Shown here piece by piece: positions 39,962 to 48,690 of a DNA stretch of 59,677 nt. The stretch is taken from NCBI GenBank assembly GCA_050287845.1, contig JBNKCR010000033.1:1-59677 (forward strand). Reading direction: 5' to 3'. Under the pieces are notes generated by a model. It ran no database searches. It worked only from the letters and a program-made list of their open reading frames with translations, and was not told the DNA's origin. Position numbers and translations under genes: made by a program. This stretch comes from Polyangia bacterium. Its GTDB lineage: Bacteria; Myxococcota_A; Polyangia; JAAYKL01. Within the stretch, counting starts at the first letter, position 1. The number at the start of each line of letters is the position of its first letter.

Positions 39962-40514
39962 TATCAGTGACGCCAAAGCGTTGTCGCTGCATCTATCAGG
40001 AACAAAAAGGTTCCTTGATGATACGACAGCGTTGTCATACATTCCATTTTCATCCGGCACAGATTCACGCACTGACGTTGCCCGTGTCGAAAGGATTGCC
40101 GAAGCAGTTCCATCCGAGCGTCCTGCACCAGTTGCGCCCAGTGAACCTTTCAACTCGTGGGAATCCATGCTGAAATGGTGTTTGGAAATTACACAGGCGA
40201 AGTCATGTTTTGTGGTGGATTCCCAGGGGTTCATCCTGATGAGTGAAGGCGAGGAACCACCCGAGGATGGCTACGAAGGTACCGGCGCAAACTTGAAACT
40301 GGCACTCGATCAGTTGCGTCTGATGGATTTGAACCACGGCGAAATTCAACTCATTGACCTCATGTACTCGAATATCGATGTGCTTGCCATTCAGGCGCTG
40401 GATTCTGACAACGATTTTTTTACCCTTTGCTTCCTTGGAAGCGAATCCATCGATAAATCGCACAAATCAGTTCTTTTCGAACAGATTCAAAAAAGTGTCC
40501 TGAAGCTCACGTGA
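39933..40514 (+). CDS. Hypothetical protein with roadblock/LC7 (profilin-like) C-terminal domain
   Basis: Overlaps parA by 29 nt; AKSCFVVDSQGFILMS helix-hairpin pattern after a Pro-rich linker. Confidence 0.55.
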   Translation: MNVFKENLYSISDAKALSLHLSGTKRFLDDTTALSYIPFSSGTDSRTDVARVERIAEAVPSERPAPVAPSEPFNSWESMLKWCLEITQAKSCFVVDSQGFILMSEGEEPPEDGYEGTGANLKLALDQLRLMDLNHGEIQLIDLMYSNIDVLAIQALDSDNDFFTLCFLGSESIDKSHKSVLFEQIQKSVLKLT

Positions 40515-40671
40515 TAGCGGACCCCGGGGAAATCAAGCACATCCACCGCAGCTCCCCATCCACGATAGCAGTAAGAATCGAATTACCAGATTGCATACAT
40601 GTTAAAAATGTGTGGTTATGATGTCGAACAAGCATAACCGAAAAATGAACACAAACCGAATGAGGTAAAAC

Positions 40672-41085
40672 ATGAATTGTCTCAAATTTTCAAACATTAT
40701 TGTCATAGTCCTTCTATTCATGACGATATCCTGTACAGGTTACGACACCCTTCCCACAGGCGAGTCAGAGAAGCTTAAAAGTCCCGAGGCGCTGAATGCG
40801 CTTATTGAATCCGGGGCGACAACCGGAGTTGGCGAATATCGAATTGTGGATGTGCGGCCAGCGCGTAAATATGAAAAGGGACACATTCCAACCGCCATTA
40901 ACATCCCCAACGGAAATGTGAATGAAACCAAAGTGGATCTGCCCAAAGACAAAAAAATTATCCTTTATTGCGAGACCGGTGGTCGGGCTCAGGCTGCAGC
41001 TAAAAACAAACTGGCGCCCGCCGGATACAACCAGATTTATAATTGGGGTGGATTTGGAAATTGGACATACGATCCAGAAAAATAA
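40672..41085 (+). CDS. Rhodanese-domain lipoprotein
   Basis: Lipobox TISC; IVDVR..YEKGHIPTAINIP; YCETGGRA. Confidence 0.9.
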   Translation: MNCLKFSNIIVIVLLFMTISCTGYDTLPTGESEKLKSPEALNALIESGATTGVGEYRIVDVRPARKYEKGHIPTAINIPNGNVNETKVDLPKDKKIILYCETGGRAQAAAKNKLAPAGYNQIYNWGGFGNWTYDPEK

Positions 41086-41184
41086 ATAGCGAAAAAGAGC
41101 CACTCACCATCGTCCCATGGACGATGGCACACTTCCCCAACTTGATTTTGCATGATGCAGATAAGAGACCACAGGACGCGGAGC

Positions 41185-42189
41185 TCAGGTGTTCATCTTC
41201 TGCTGAATTTTCACAATCAGCGGTTCGAATCCTTCGATACGTTGAATAACTTTCCCATACCAGCGCGTGACCGCACCTGTCGATGCATTCAGCCTTCTGG
41301 CCACATCGGACTGCTTGCCGCCGTATTCCACCACCCAGAGGTACACAATGAGCTTCCTCGCGAGCGCACACGGTTTGCGTTTGGGGAACTGAGTGAACTC
41401 CCGGGGGTCGATTTGAAGTTCATCACGGACAGTTTCAATCAACTTTTTCAGCAGCGCCTGCCGAGGCTTCTTCTGGCTGGTCCGGGAACCGCGGGCATAC
41501 ACTTCCTTGTACACCATCTCAACAAACTCTTCGCTGCCGACAATCGGACCATCAATTTTCAAATGCTCAGCCAGCACAGTGCGATATGCGCGGCTCATTT
41601 CATCGCTCTTCGAACCCTCGAGGTCGCGACGCCTGCCTTCATCAGCCGTATCATCCACAAACTGGGCAAATTGACGTCTCGCCCAACCGATTTTAGGATT
41701 CACCTGTGATAGGACCGTCTCGATATCCAACCAATCAGGTGTCTCCGCATCACCGAGGTATGCCCGGTGGCTGGACCAGTCGCTTTCCCTGGCTTGCTTC
41801 ACCTTCCGAAGCCGGACGGGCGCATTGTGAACATAGCGAACCAGATCGAAAATATAATTATCCTCCAAAAGGATCGCCTTATATCGACCTGCAAACACTG
41901 CCCCCTCCCGAGTATCGTCACGATTATTCAACCAGCAGGCGTAGCCGGTATTTATGGGTTTCATCAGTCGCTCAAGGGGCTCCCATCCGGCGCGAACCAC
42001 AAGATGAACCTGCTTTGGCAGAATGCAATAGGCCAAAACCCTGGCATCTGTTTTCTGCAATGATTCACTCAGCAGCTGCAGATAATATTCGCGATGTTTT
42101 TTCAAACGCAGCAGCGGCTGATTATCCACACATTTTGAAATCAGATGATAAAGGCCCCCGGGAAAATATATTCGTGCATACCTGGACAT
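41185..42189 (-). mobile_element. RAYT/Y1_Tnp-like protein with C-terminal HTH and degenerate HUH motif
   Basis: MSRYAR..FPGGLYHLISK; AYCILPKQVHLVV; FAGRYKA; RYVHNAPVR; WSSHRAY; C-terminal DnaA_C-like HTH. Confidence 0.8.
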
Positions 42190-42314
42190 ATAAAAAACAT
42201 AATGCAAATACCGTGATGATGCAATTTATTGTCTTACGTTGTCACGCAGAATCATGACTTTAACTATGTCACAACTGTAAATCTGAACAGTACGGAATAG
42301 AAACACCGTCCCTT

Positions 42315-43013
42315 TTAGCGAGAATTATTCTCGGCCCTGCCAATTCGAAACATACTTTTCACCCGAGAAATCAGTTTTGCATACTTCAGTTTCTGTGTGG
42401 CAATCGCGATCTTTTCAAGCACATCTTCATCCCTGCACCCCATGGAAACCGCTTTCTCCAGAAAACGACATGCATTGCCCGAATCGCCCAGATGAAAATA
42501 AACAGTGCCGGCAAGTCGATGTTCCGTTTCGTTTCCGCGACGCTCAATGGCCCACAGGTATTGTGCCAGCGCCTCGCGCAGTTTCCCCTGACGTTCCAGT
42601 GCATATCCAAACCAGATGGCGTGAAAAGGTGACTGACTCAACGAGAATGCGCTTTTCATGTATTTGGCCGATTCCACATATCTGCCCATTCGATACAGAA
42701 TGTACCCAAGCATATACAGATTATACGCCGAACTATGATCCTCAATCACCTTCAACATGACACATCGTGCAGCTTCAAGCTGTTCGATGTTCAACAACCT
42801 CTGAACCTTTCTTTCAATACTCTCTCCGGACAGAATCGTCCTTGCGTGATTCAATGCTTCTCGTCTGGTTTCAGAATACGCATAGCGATGCAGCTGCCTG
42901 ATATGAGCTCTGGCCAGTTCGGCATCGGTTGCCTCAAACGATACGCCCAACGCTTCCTCGTAAAAACCAAGGGACACCAGCTTTTCAATGTCCGATTCAG
43001 TTCGCCTTGTCAT
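42315..43013 (-). CDS. J-domain-like (no HPD) plus TPR protein
   Basis: YEEALGVSFEATDAELARAH...ALNHARTILS resembles J-domain helices; 3-4 TPRs follow; overlaps the Hsp70 stop. Confidence 0.7.
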   Translation of the reverse strand: MTRRTESDIEKLVSLGFYEEALGVSFEATDAELARAHIRQLHRYAYSETRREALNHARTILSGESIERKVQRLLNIEQLEAARCVMLKVIEDHSSAYNLYMLGYILYRMGRYVESAKYMKSAFSLSQSPFHAIWFGYALERQGKLREALAQYLWAIERRGNETEHRLAGTVYFHLGDSGNACRFLEKAVSMGCRDEDVLEKIAIATQKLKYAKLISRVKSMFRIGRAENNSR

Positions 43014-44976
43014 AGGAAACCATCCGGGCAATATGAATCAACTGCTCAAGATATCGCCTGAATTCTTCCACGGTTATCTGCTTCACCCCGGGTTGCAGCA
43101 GCGTGTCCAGCAATTCTTTGGTCCGATTCGAAATCGCAGGACAATCCTCGTTGGGCGTCTCCATGTGATTGTCCACCGCGCGGGTTATGGCGCCCTCAAC
43201 CTTTTCAATCGCCTGCACTACGCGTTCATCTTCGCAATTACCGCACAGGGCCAATGCCTCCCGGGCCACGTGCATGTGCTTTTCAAGATGCTCTCTGGTC
43301 CATCCACTTTCTTTACCGATGACCGTTGCATTGAGCAAATCCATATCCTGTTGAGCCAGCATTTTCGGTGGCGTGTGCTCCTGCAACATCACTTCAGTAC
43401 CGCTCAACATATCCAGACTTTCGTATTTCACCTGTTGTCTTGTCTGTGTATGAATCAAAGTGGCAACCACCCTTTTGTCATCCGTCACGCGGAGTCGAAG
43501 TTCAATGGTCGGCAACCCACGCTGAGGCGTTATCCCCAATGTATAGTTTCCCAGATACTCATACTTGAACACCGTTTTGTCCGCACTCGACTTTTCCGCG
43601 TCCGGACGTTTGGCCACCAGCGACAGGGGAACCTCCAGAGAGTCGCGACTCTGATGGGTGAGTACCGTGCTGCCGGAAATTGGATAATGTGAATTTTCCC
43701 GAATAATCGGTTCATAATAATCCGGCGCATCCTCCACCGGACCGAACACGGTTCCGTATCCCTCTGAAATCACCTTGCCGACCGGCTCAATGATATTTCC
43801 TGCTTTCAACGACGCTCCTCTGGCGACACATTCCATGGGATCCACTGGAAGACCATTCAGATTGTACGTATCAATATCGGCAATCACGTCCCCACGGGCG
43901 TCCAGCGCGGCCAATTCCTTTGCAACAACTTTGCGAATGCACGGCATATTCGACGGACCACCGATAAAAAGCACTTTATCCAAATCTGAAGCCCGAAGAC
44001 CTGCCTGGCGCAAGGCAATTCCAATTGGACGCCGACATTTTTCAAGCAATGGAGAAAGCACTTCTTCCAACTCTCCCTGCGTCAGGGTCACGGTCTGCTC
44101 TCCGGGCAAATCAATTGTTGCCTGCGACTTCTGTGACAACCGGATTTTTGCCCGCTCAATTTCTTCTGCCAGAATCGAGCGGTGGGTCGCATCCTGCATC
44201 ATGCCATGCAAATCATACTTCGACACAATATGCCGAATCAATGCATCATCCATATCCAACCCGCCGAGGGCCTCGTGCCCTGAAGTGCACAGCTCACCGG
44301 GGATCAAATCGCCATCTTCGTTGACCACCATCATCACCGTCACATCCAGGGTTCCTGCACCAATATCGAAAGCCAGCAGATTCGCTTCACGTTCAATACT
44401 CATGCAATAGTCAATAGCTGCAGCCGTGGGCTCAGCAATCGTATCCACCTCTTCAAATCCAGCATTGCGCGCTGCTTCAATAATCGGATTGGTTCGAATG
44501 GCTTTGAAATATGCAGGAATGCTGATAATGGCCTTGTCAATGGTCTGGCCAATCAGGGGATTGACCGACGCATCTTCAGCATCGTGTTTGATGTCTCTCA
44601 GAATGTACTCGAGGATATGTGAAGGAGTATATCTTTCCTGCCCCACCTTTATGAGAATTCCCCCGTCTCCAGCCTCCTCCGTTTCATAGGCAAATCTGGC
44701 CAGTTCACCATTGGCACGAGCATGATGGTACGACAGGCCAACCAGCCGTTTCACCCCCCAGATGACCAGTTTGGGATTCAACCGCATTTCCGCCTGTGCC
44801 CGTTTGCCGGTCACCTGCTTCTGACCGGAATGATCGAACAACACGAACGATGCAAAATTTTTTCCATAAATGCTCCGCCCATATCGACTTTCAACCATCG
44901 CCACTTTACCGTTTCCCACGGGAACCGCGGCCGCGGAATTATACGTACCCAAATCAATGCCAATCGCTTTGCTCAT
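42997..44976 (-). CDS. Divergent Hsp70-family protein
   Basis: GIDLGTYNS, IPAYF, EPTAAA, FDIGAGTLD, LGGLDMD and FIGGPS motifs; divergent substrate-binding domain. Confidence 0.92.
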   Translation of the reverse strand: MSKAIGIDLGTYNSAAAVPVGNGKVAMVESRYGRSIYGKNFASFVLFDHSGQKQVTGKRAQAEMRLNPKLVIWGVKRLVGLSYHHARANGELARFAYETEEAGDGGILIKVGQERYTPSHILEYILRDIKHDAEDASVNPLIGQTIDKAIISIPAYFKAIRTNPIIEAARNAGFEEVDTIAEPTAAAIDYCMSIEREANLLAFDIGAGTLDVTVMMVVNEDGDLIPGELCTSGHEALGGLDMDDALIRHIVSKYDLHGMMQDATHRSILAEEIERAKIRLSQKSQATIDLPGEQTVTLTQGELEEVLSPLLEKCRRPIGIALRQAGLRASDLDKVLFIGGPSNMPCIRKVVAKELAALDARGDVIADIDTYNLNGLPVDPMECVARGASLKAGNIIEPVGKVISEGYGTVFGPVEDAPDYYEPIIRENSHYPISGSTVLTHQSRDSLEVPLSLVAKRPDAEKSSADKTVFKYEYLGNYTLGITPQRGLPTIELRLRVTDDKRVVATLIHTQTRQQVKYESLDMLSGTEVMLQEHTPPKMLAQQDMDLLNATVIGKESGWTREHLEKHMHVAREALALCGNCEDERVVQAIEKVEGAITRAVDNHMETPNEDCPAISNRTKELLDTLLQPGVKQITVEEFRRYLEQLIHIARMVSYDKAN

Positions 44977-44977
44977 G

Positions 44978-46492
44978 TTACTTCCCCTGTTCGTTTCCGG
45001 AACTGACAATCACTTCAGCCTGACGCAGGACAAACGGCTTATCTCCGATAAATCCTTCGCGCTGATACCCTTTTCGAATGACTTCGACAATGGTGCCTGA
45101 TTTCTGAGCACTGGCCCTCTCTCCCGCAAGACAGTGATACTTGCTGTGAAACCGCTCTCCCACCTCGGGCACAATCTCTCCAATCGAATTGTTCTCCATC
45201 GCCTGCTCGATTTTCCGCTTCAACCGCGTCGGATCTTCGCTGTTTGAAGTTGCATCATTGATAGAAAGATGATCGTAGAGCAAAAACAGCTCTCTGGAGA
45301 TTTCGGCATATGCAGAAATAATCTTTTTCTGCAATTCCCAATTATCACTGCCAAAATCGTCAAGGTCACCCGACAGAGTGTTCAGCTTCGACTCCATTTC
45401 GGAAAAACTGTTTCGCACGCGATTGATACCAATTGTAAGTCTGGAAAACGAAGGTGGCGCCTTTTCCGGATTCTCCGGCTGCGATTCAATTTTCCAATCG
45501 GGCTTCCCCTGACTGCCCAGTGTCTGTCTCACGATAAAAATGAGCAATCCCACAATGACACAACAGAGCCCCATCAGGGCAAGCAGCAATATGATTTCCA
45601 GATGATTATTGTCTACCGGCTCCAGTTCAGATGCATCCGGGTTTTCACTCGCTGCGGTTGGTGGCTCACAGATGGTATCACTTTCGTACAATGCGGTTTC
45701 AGGGGCCAGCTGAATCGTACGAAGCAGAATTGAATCGTATGCGGTGTACAACGCATCGATTAATGGCACACGACTCGAAAGATAAATATTTTTTCCGCCG
45801 CTCTGTTCGGTCAGCTGCTCAATCGCCCCATTGTGAACGGATTCGGCATATACTGAATACAGAATGACATTATTCAAGGCAAGCAATGCATTCAGAGAAG
45901 ATAATGTGACCGCTGCATCCGCGTTCTTCGCGGTATCCTCAGGTGATGCGACATCACTATCTGACGTTAAAACCACCGGCGAATCCAGAATCAGCACCAC
46001 CGCTTTCAGCATTCCTTTGAAATCACTCAGTTGAGACACGGCATTGCGAATGGTCTCATCAATACTGATAGAGGCCAGTCTCTCCGGTTCTGCAGCAGAA
46101 TCCGCACTTGCAACCTTCGCTCTGAGACCATCCATCACCCGGGCACTCGATACTTTGACCTGCGCCTCCCCGTTCAGGGCCAGTACCTGTTTTTTTCGAT
46201 CTGCAATAACAATCCCCATCTCATCCGTTTCCCCCAGGCTACTCCTGAAGAGGGTCAATTCAGACTCGGTGAATGGCACCGAATCCGGTGCAGTCGGAAA
46301 GACCAGCAGCATACGGATACCAGCCTCTATCTTTTTCGGTGATTCTTCATTCTGTTCCCCATCTGATTCACTGATACGGACGTGTTCAGATGGGGAATTT
46401 TCAGTATCGGAAGATAAAGAAATATCAGACCAGACCGGAAGCGCCGTTCCCCAGATGATCAAAATACATACAAACGCAATATATCTGTTCAC
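44978..46492 (-). CDS. Signal peptide-vWA-like-TM-GrpE fusion protein
   Basis: GTG start behind GAGAGG; KAVVLILD...ILYSV...LTEQSGG vWA-like core; TM IILLLALMGLCCVIVGLLIFIV; GrpE tail GERFHSKYH...GTIVEVIRKGY...LRQAEVIVS. Confidence 0.78.
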   Translation of the reverse strand: MNRYIAFVCILIIWGTALPVWSDISLSSDTENSPSEHVRISESDGEQNEESPKKIEAGIRMLLVFPTAPDSVPFTESELTLFRSSLGETDEMGIVIADRKKQVLALNGEAQVKVSSARVMDGLRAKVASADSAAEPERLASISIDETIRNAVSQLSDFKGMLKAVVLILDSPVVLTSDSDVASPEDTAKNADAAVTLSSLNALLALNNVILYSVYAESVHNGAIEQLTEQSGGKNIYLSSRVPLIDALYTAYDSILLRTIQLAPETALYESDTICEPPTAASENPDASELEPVDNNHLEIILLLALMGLCCVIVGLLIFIVRQTLGSQGKPDWKIESQPENPEKAPPSFSRLTIGINRVRNSFSEMESKLNTLSGDLDDFGSDNWELQKKIISAYAEISRELFLLYDHLSINDATSNSEDPTRLKRKIEQAMENNSIGEIVPEVGERFHSKYHCLAGERASAQKSGTIVEVIRKGYQREGFIGDKPFVLRQAEVIVSSGNEQGK

Positions 46493-46496
46493 AGAT

Positions 46497-48566
46497 TTAC
46501 CTCTCCCGCGACTCCAACAATCGAGCCGCCGCATTCATCAGATGGGGCATTCGAATCACCACTTTATCCGCTGTGTACTCCGCGTCCCGCAGCGCATCCC
46601 AGGCGGCTGCACGACACACTTCTGCGATGTGAGCGCCGGAAAATCCAACGGTATACTCCCCAAGCGCATCCAAATCGATATCACTCAGTGGCTTTCCTTT
46701 CAGGTGCACATTGAATATTTCAACACGTTCGTTCACATCTGGCAGTGATATCTTCAGAAGATAATCAAATCGTCCGGGACGAAGAACAGCCGAATCCACC
46801 GCCTCCAACCGATTGGTCGCCCCCATGATGAAAATGTCGCCAAATTCCTCAATACCGTCCATCTCGCTCAACATCTGATTGACGATGGCATCCGCGACAC
46901 CGGAAACGTCCCTCCCCCTGGCCATCAGAATGGAATCCAATTCGTCAAAAAAAATCACGCAGGGAGACAACAGCCTCGCCCGCTGGAAAATATTGCGGAT
47001 TTTTTCCTCGGACTCGCCAATCCATTTGTCGCGAATATCCGATGCCTTCACGCCAATAAAATTCACATTGCACTCACACGCCACGGCTTTGGCAAGCAAC
47101 GTTTTCCCTGTTCCCGGCGGTCCGTAAAGCAGAATACCGCCCGCCGCACGAATTCCCACCTTTTCAAAGGCATCGCGATTTTTCACTGCAAATTGCAAAT
47201 TTTCCACCAGCACTTTTTTGGCTTCTTCCAATCCGCCAATGTCCTCCCAGGCGGTCTGGGGAACATCCAGTGCGTACTCTCTGGACGCTGAAGGACGAAC
47301 TGAAGTGAACGCCCGCACAAAGTCCGCATGCACCACCACCACATCCCGATGATCATCAATAGCCCCCGACTGAAATGACGCTTCCGGAATCATTCTTCGC
47401 AATGCCACATATGCAGCTTCCCGGCACAGGGCGCACAGATCCGCACCAGTGAATCCACCAGCCATCTCAGCAATCTTTTCGAGTGAAACGTCGATCGAAA
47501 TCGGCATCCGCCGGGTGTGAATTTCCAGAATCCGTGTCCGCCCGTGCTTGTCCGGCACCCCAATAAATATCTCCTGCTCAAAACGGCCACTCCGCCGTAA
47601 TGCCGGATCTATCTCATTGAGTCGATTGGTCGTTCCCACAACCACTACGTCTTTCATTGCTTTGAGTCCATCCATCTGGGTCAGAAACGTCGCCACGATT
47701 CTCTGTTCCTGTTCGCCATGAATGTTGTCCCGGCGTGGTACCAACGAATCCAATTCATCAATCACTACGATAGATGGCGCATTTTTAACCGCTTCGTTGA
47801 AAATGTTTCGAAGCTTCTGCTCGGAGTTGCCATACCACTTGCTGTAAATTTCAGGTCCGCTGATGGTGTAGTAGTGAGCGCCAATTTCATTTGCCAGAGC
47901 TCTTGCAATGAGGGTTTTGCCGGTTCCCGGTGGTCCGTGAAGAATAATGCCCCTGGGCGGCTTCACTCCAAGATGCACAAACAGTTCCCGGTGCTTGAAC
48001 GGATACTCTATGCTTTCACGAACCAGTCGAATCTCGCCATCCAGACCACCAATATCACCGTACGACATCGGCGGTTCCTCATTGTCTGCCAGCGCCATCT
48101 CAAGCTGCGTTCGCGGAGTTACCAGAACAATTCCCTCCGGAACCGTCCGGTGAACCGCATAGGGTCGTGCGTCACCGCTGAATGTAAAAAGCGCTGATTT
48201 TTCAGATTGAGAAAACGGTTTACCTATAAGCCGAACCAGATCCCGTTTGGCAAACTCACCTGTGGTGCTGTACGACACTTTCTGTGCCACCTGTGGCTCA
48301 AAGAAAAAGGCGCGCAGCGTTTCTCCATCCTTTATACCGAGATACTGAAGTTTGTACCGATCCACAAGCAGTCGGTTCTGATCGGATTCCACCCGGATGG
48401 CTTTTATAACCACACCGCACGAGCGGCTTTTAAACGCCAGTTGCATGAACAGATCTTCTTTTGGGGGAAAGGTAAATACTTTATCTGTGGTTTCAACTAT
48501 CGCCCGATGAGTGCCATCCAGATCAACGCGACCATACACGGGGAATTCGAATCTTTGTTCGGTCAA
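46497..48566 (-). CDS. Cdc48/p97/VAT-type double-ring AAA+ ATPase
   Basis: N-domain; D1 YGDIGGL..GPPGTGKT..IDELD..RRSGRF; D2 WEDIGGL..GPPGTGKT..FFDELD..RPGRFD. TTG start behind GGGAGG. Confidence 0.92.
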   Translation of the reverse strand: MTEQRFEFPVYGRVDLDGTHRAIVETTDKVFTFPPKEDLFMQLAFKSRSCGVVIKAIRVESDQNRLLVDRYKLQYLGIKDGETLRAFFFEPQVAQKVSYSTTGEFAKRDLVRLIGKPFSQSEKSALFTFSGDARPYAVHRTVPEGIVLVTPRTQLEMALADNEEPPMSYGDIGGLDGEIRLVRESIEYPFKHRELFVHLGVKPPRGIILHGPPGTGKTLIARALANEIGAHYYTISGPEIYSKWYGNSEQKLRNIFNEAVKNAPSIVVIDELDSLVPRRDNIHGEQEQRIVATFLTQMDGLKAMKDVVVVGTTNRLNEIDPALRRSGRFEQEIFIGVPDKHGRTRILEIHTRRMPISIDVSLEKIAEMAGGFTGADLCALCREAAYVALRRMIPEASFQSGAIDDHRDVVVVHADFVRAFTSVRPSASREYALDVPQTAWEDIGGLEEAKKVLVENLQFAVKNRDAFEKVGIRAAGGILLYGPPGTGKTLLAKAVACECNVNFIGVKASDIRDKWIGESEEKIRNIFQRARLLSPCVIFFDELDSILMARGRDVSGVADAIVNQMLSEMDGIEEFGDIFIMGATNRLEAVDSAVLRPGRFDYLLKISLPDVNERVEIFNVHLKGKPLSDIDLDALGEYTVGFSGAHIAEVCRAAAWDALRDAEYTADKVVIRMPHLMNAAARLLESRER

Positions 48567-48690
48567 ATCAACCTCCCTGACAAGCAAGTTGTAGCGAACC
48601 TCAATTCAACATCCTGATCTGACAGCGTCACTGGCAATATGTTTCATTATTTAATAAAAATATTTTCGAAAGTAACATTCGACATTGAAT

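Noticed and set aside
41100..42314. Active IS200/IS605 insertion
   Set aside because: No terminal hairpins, no tnpB, and a broken HUH motif.
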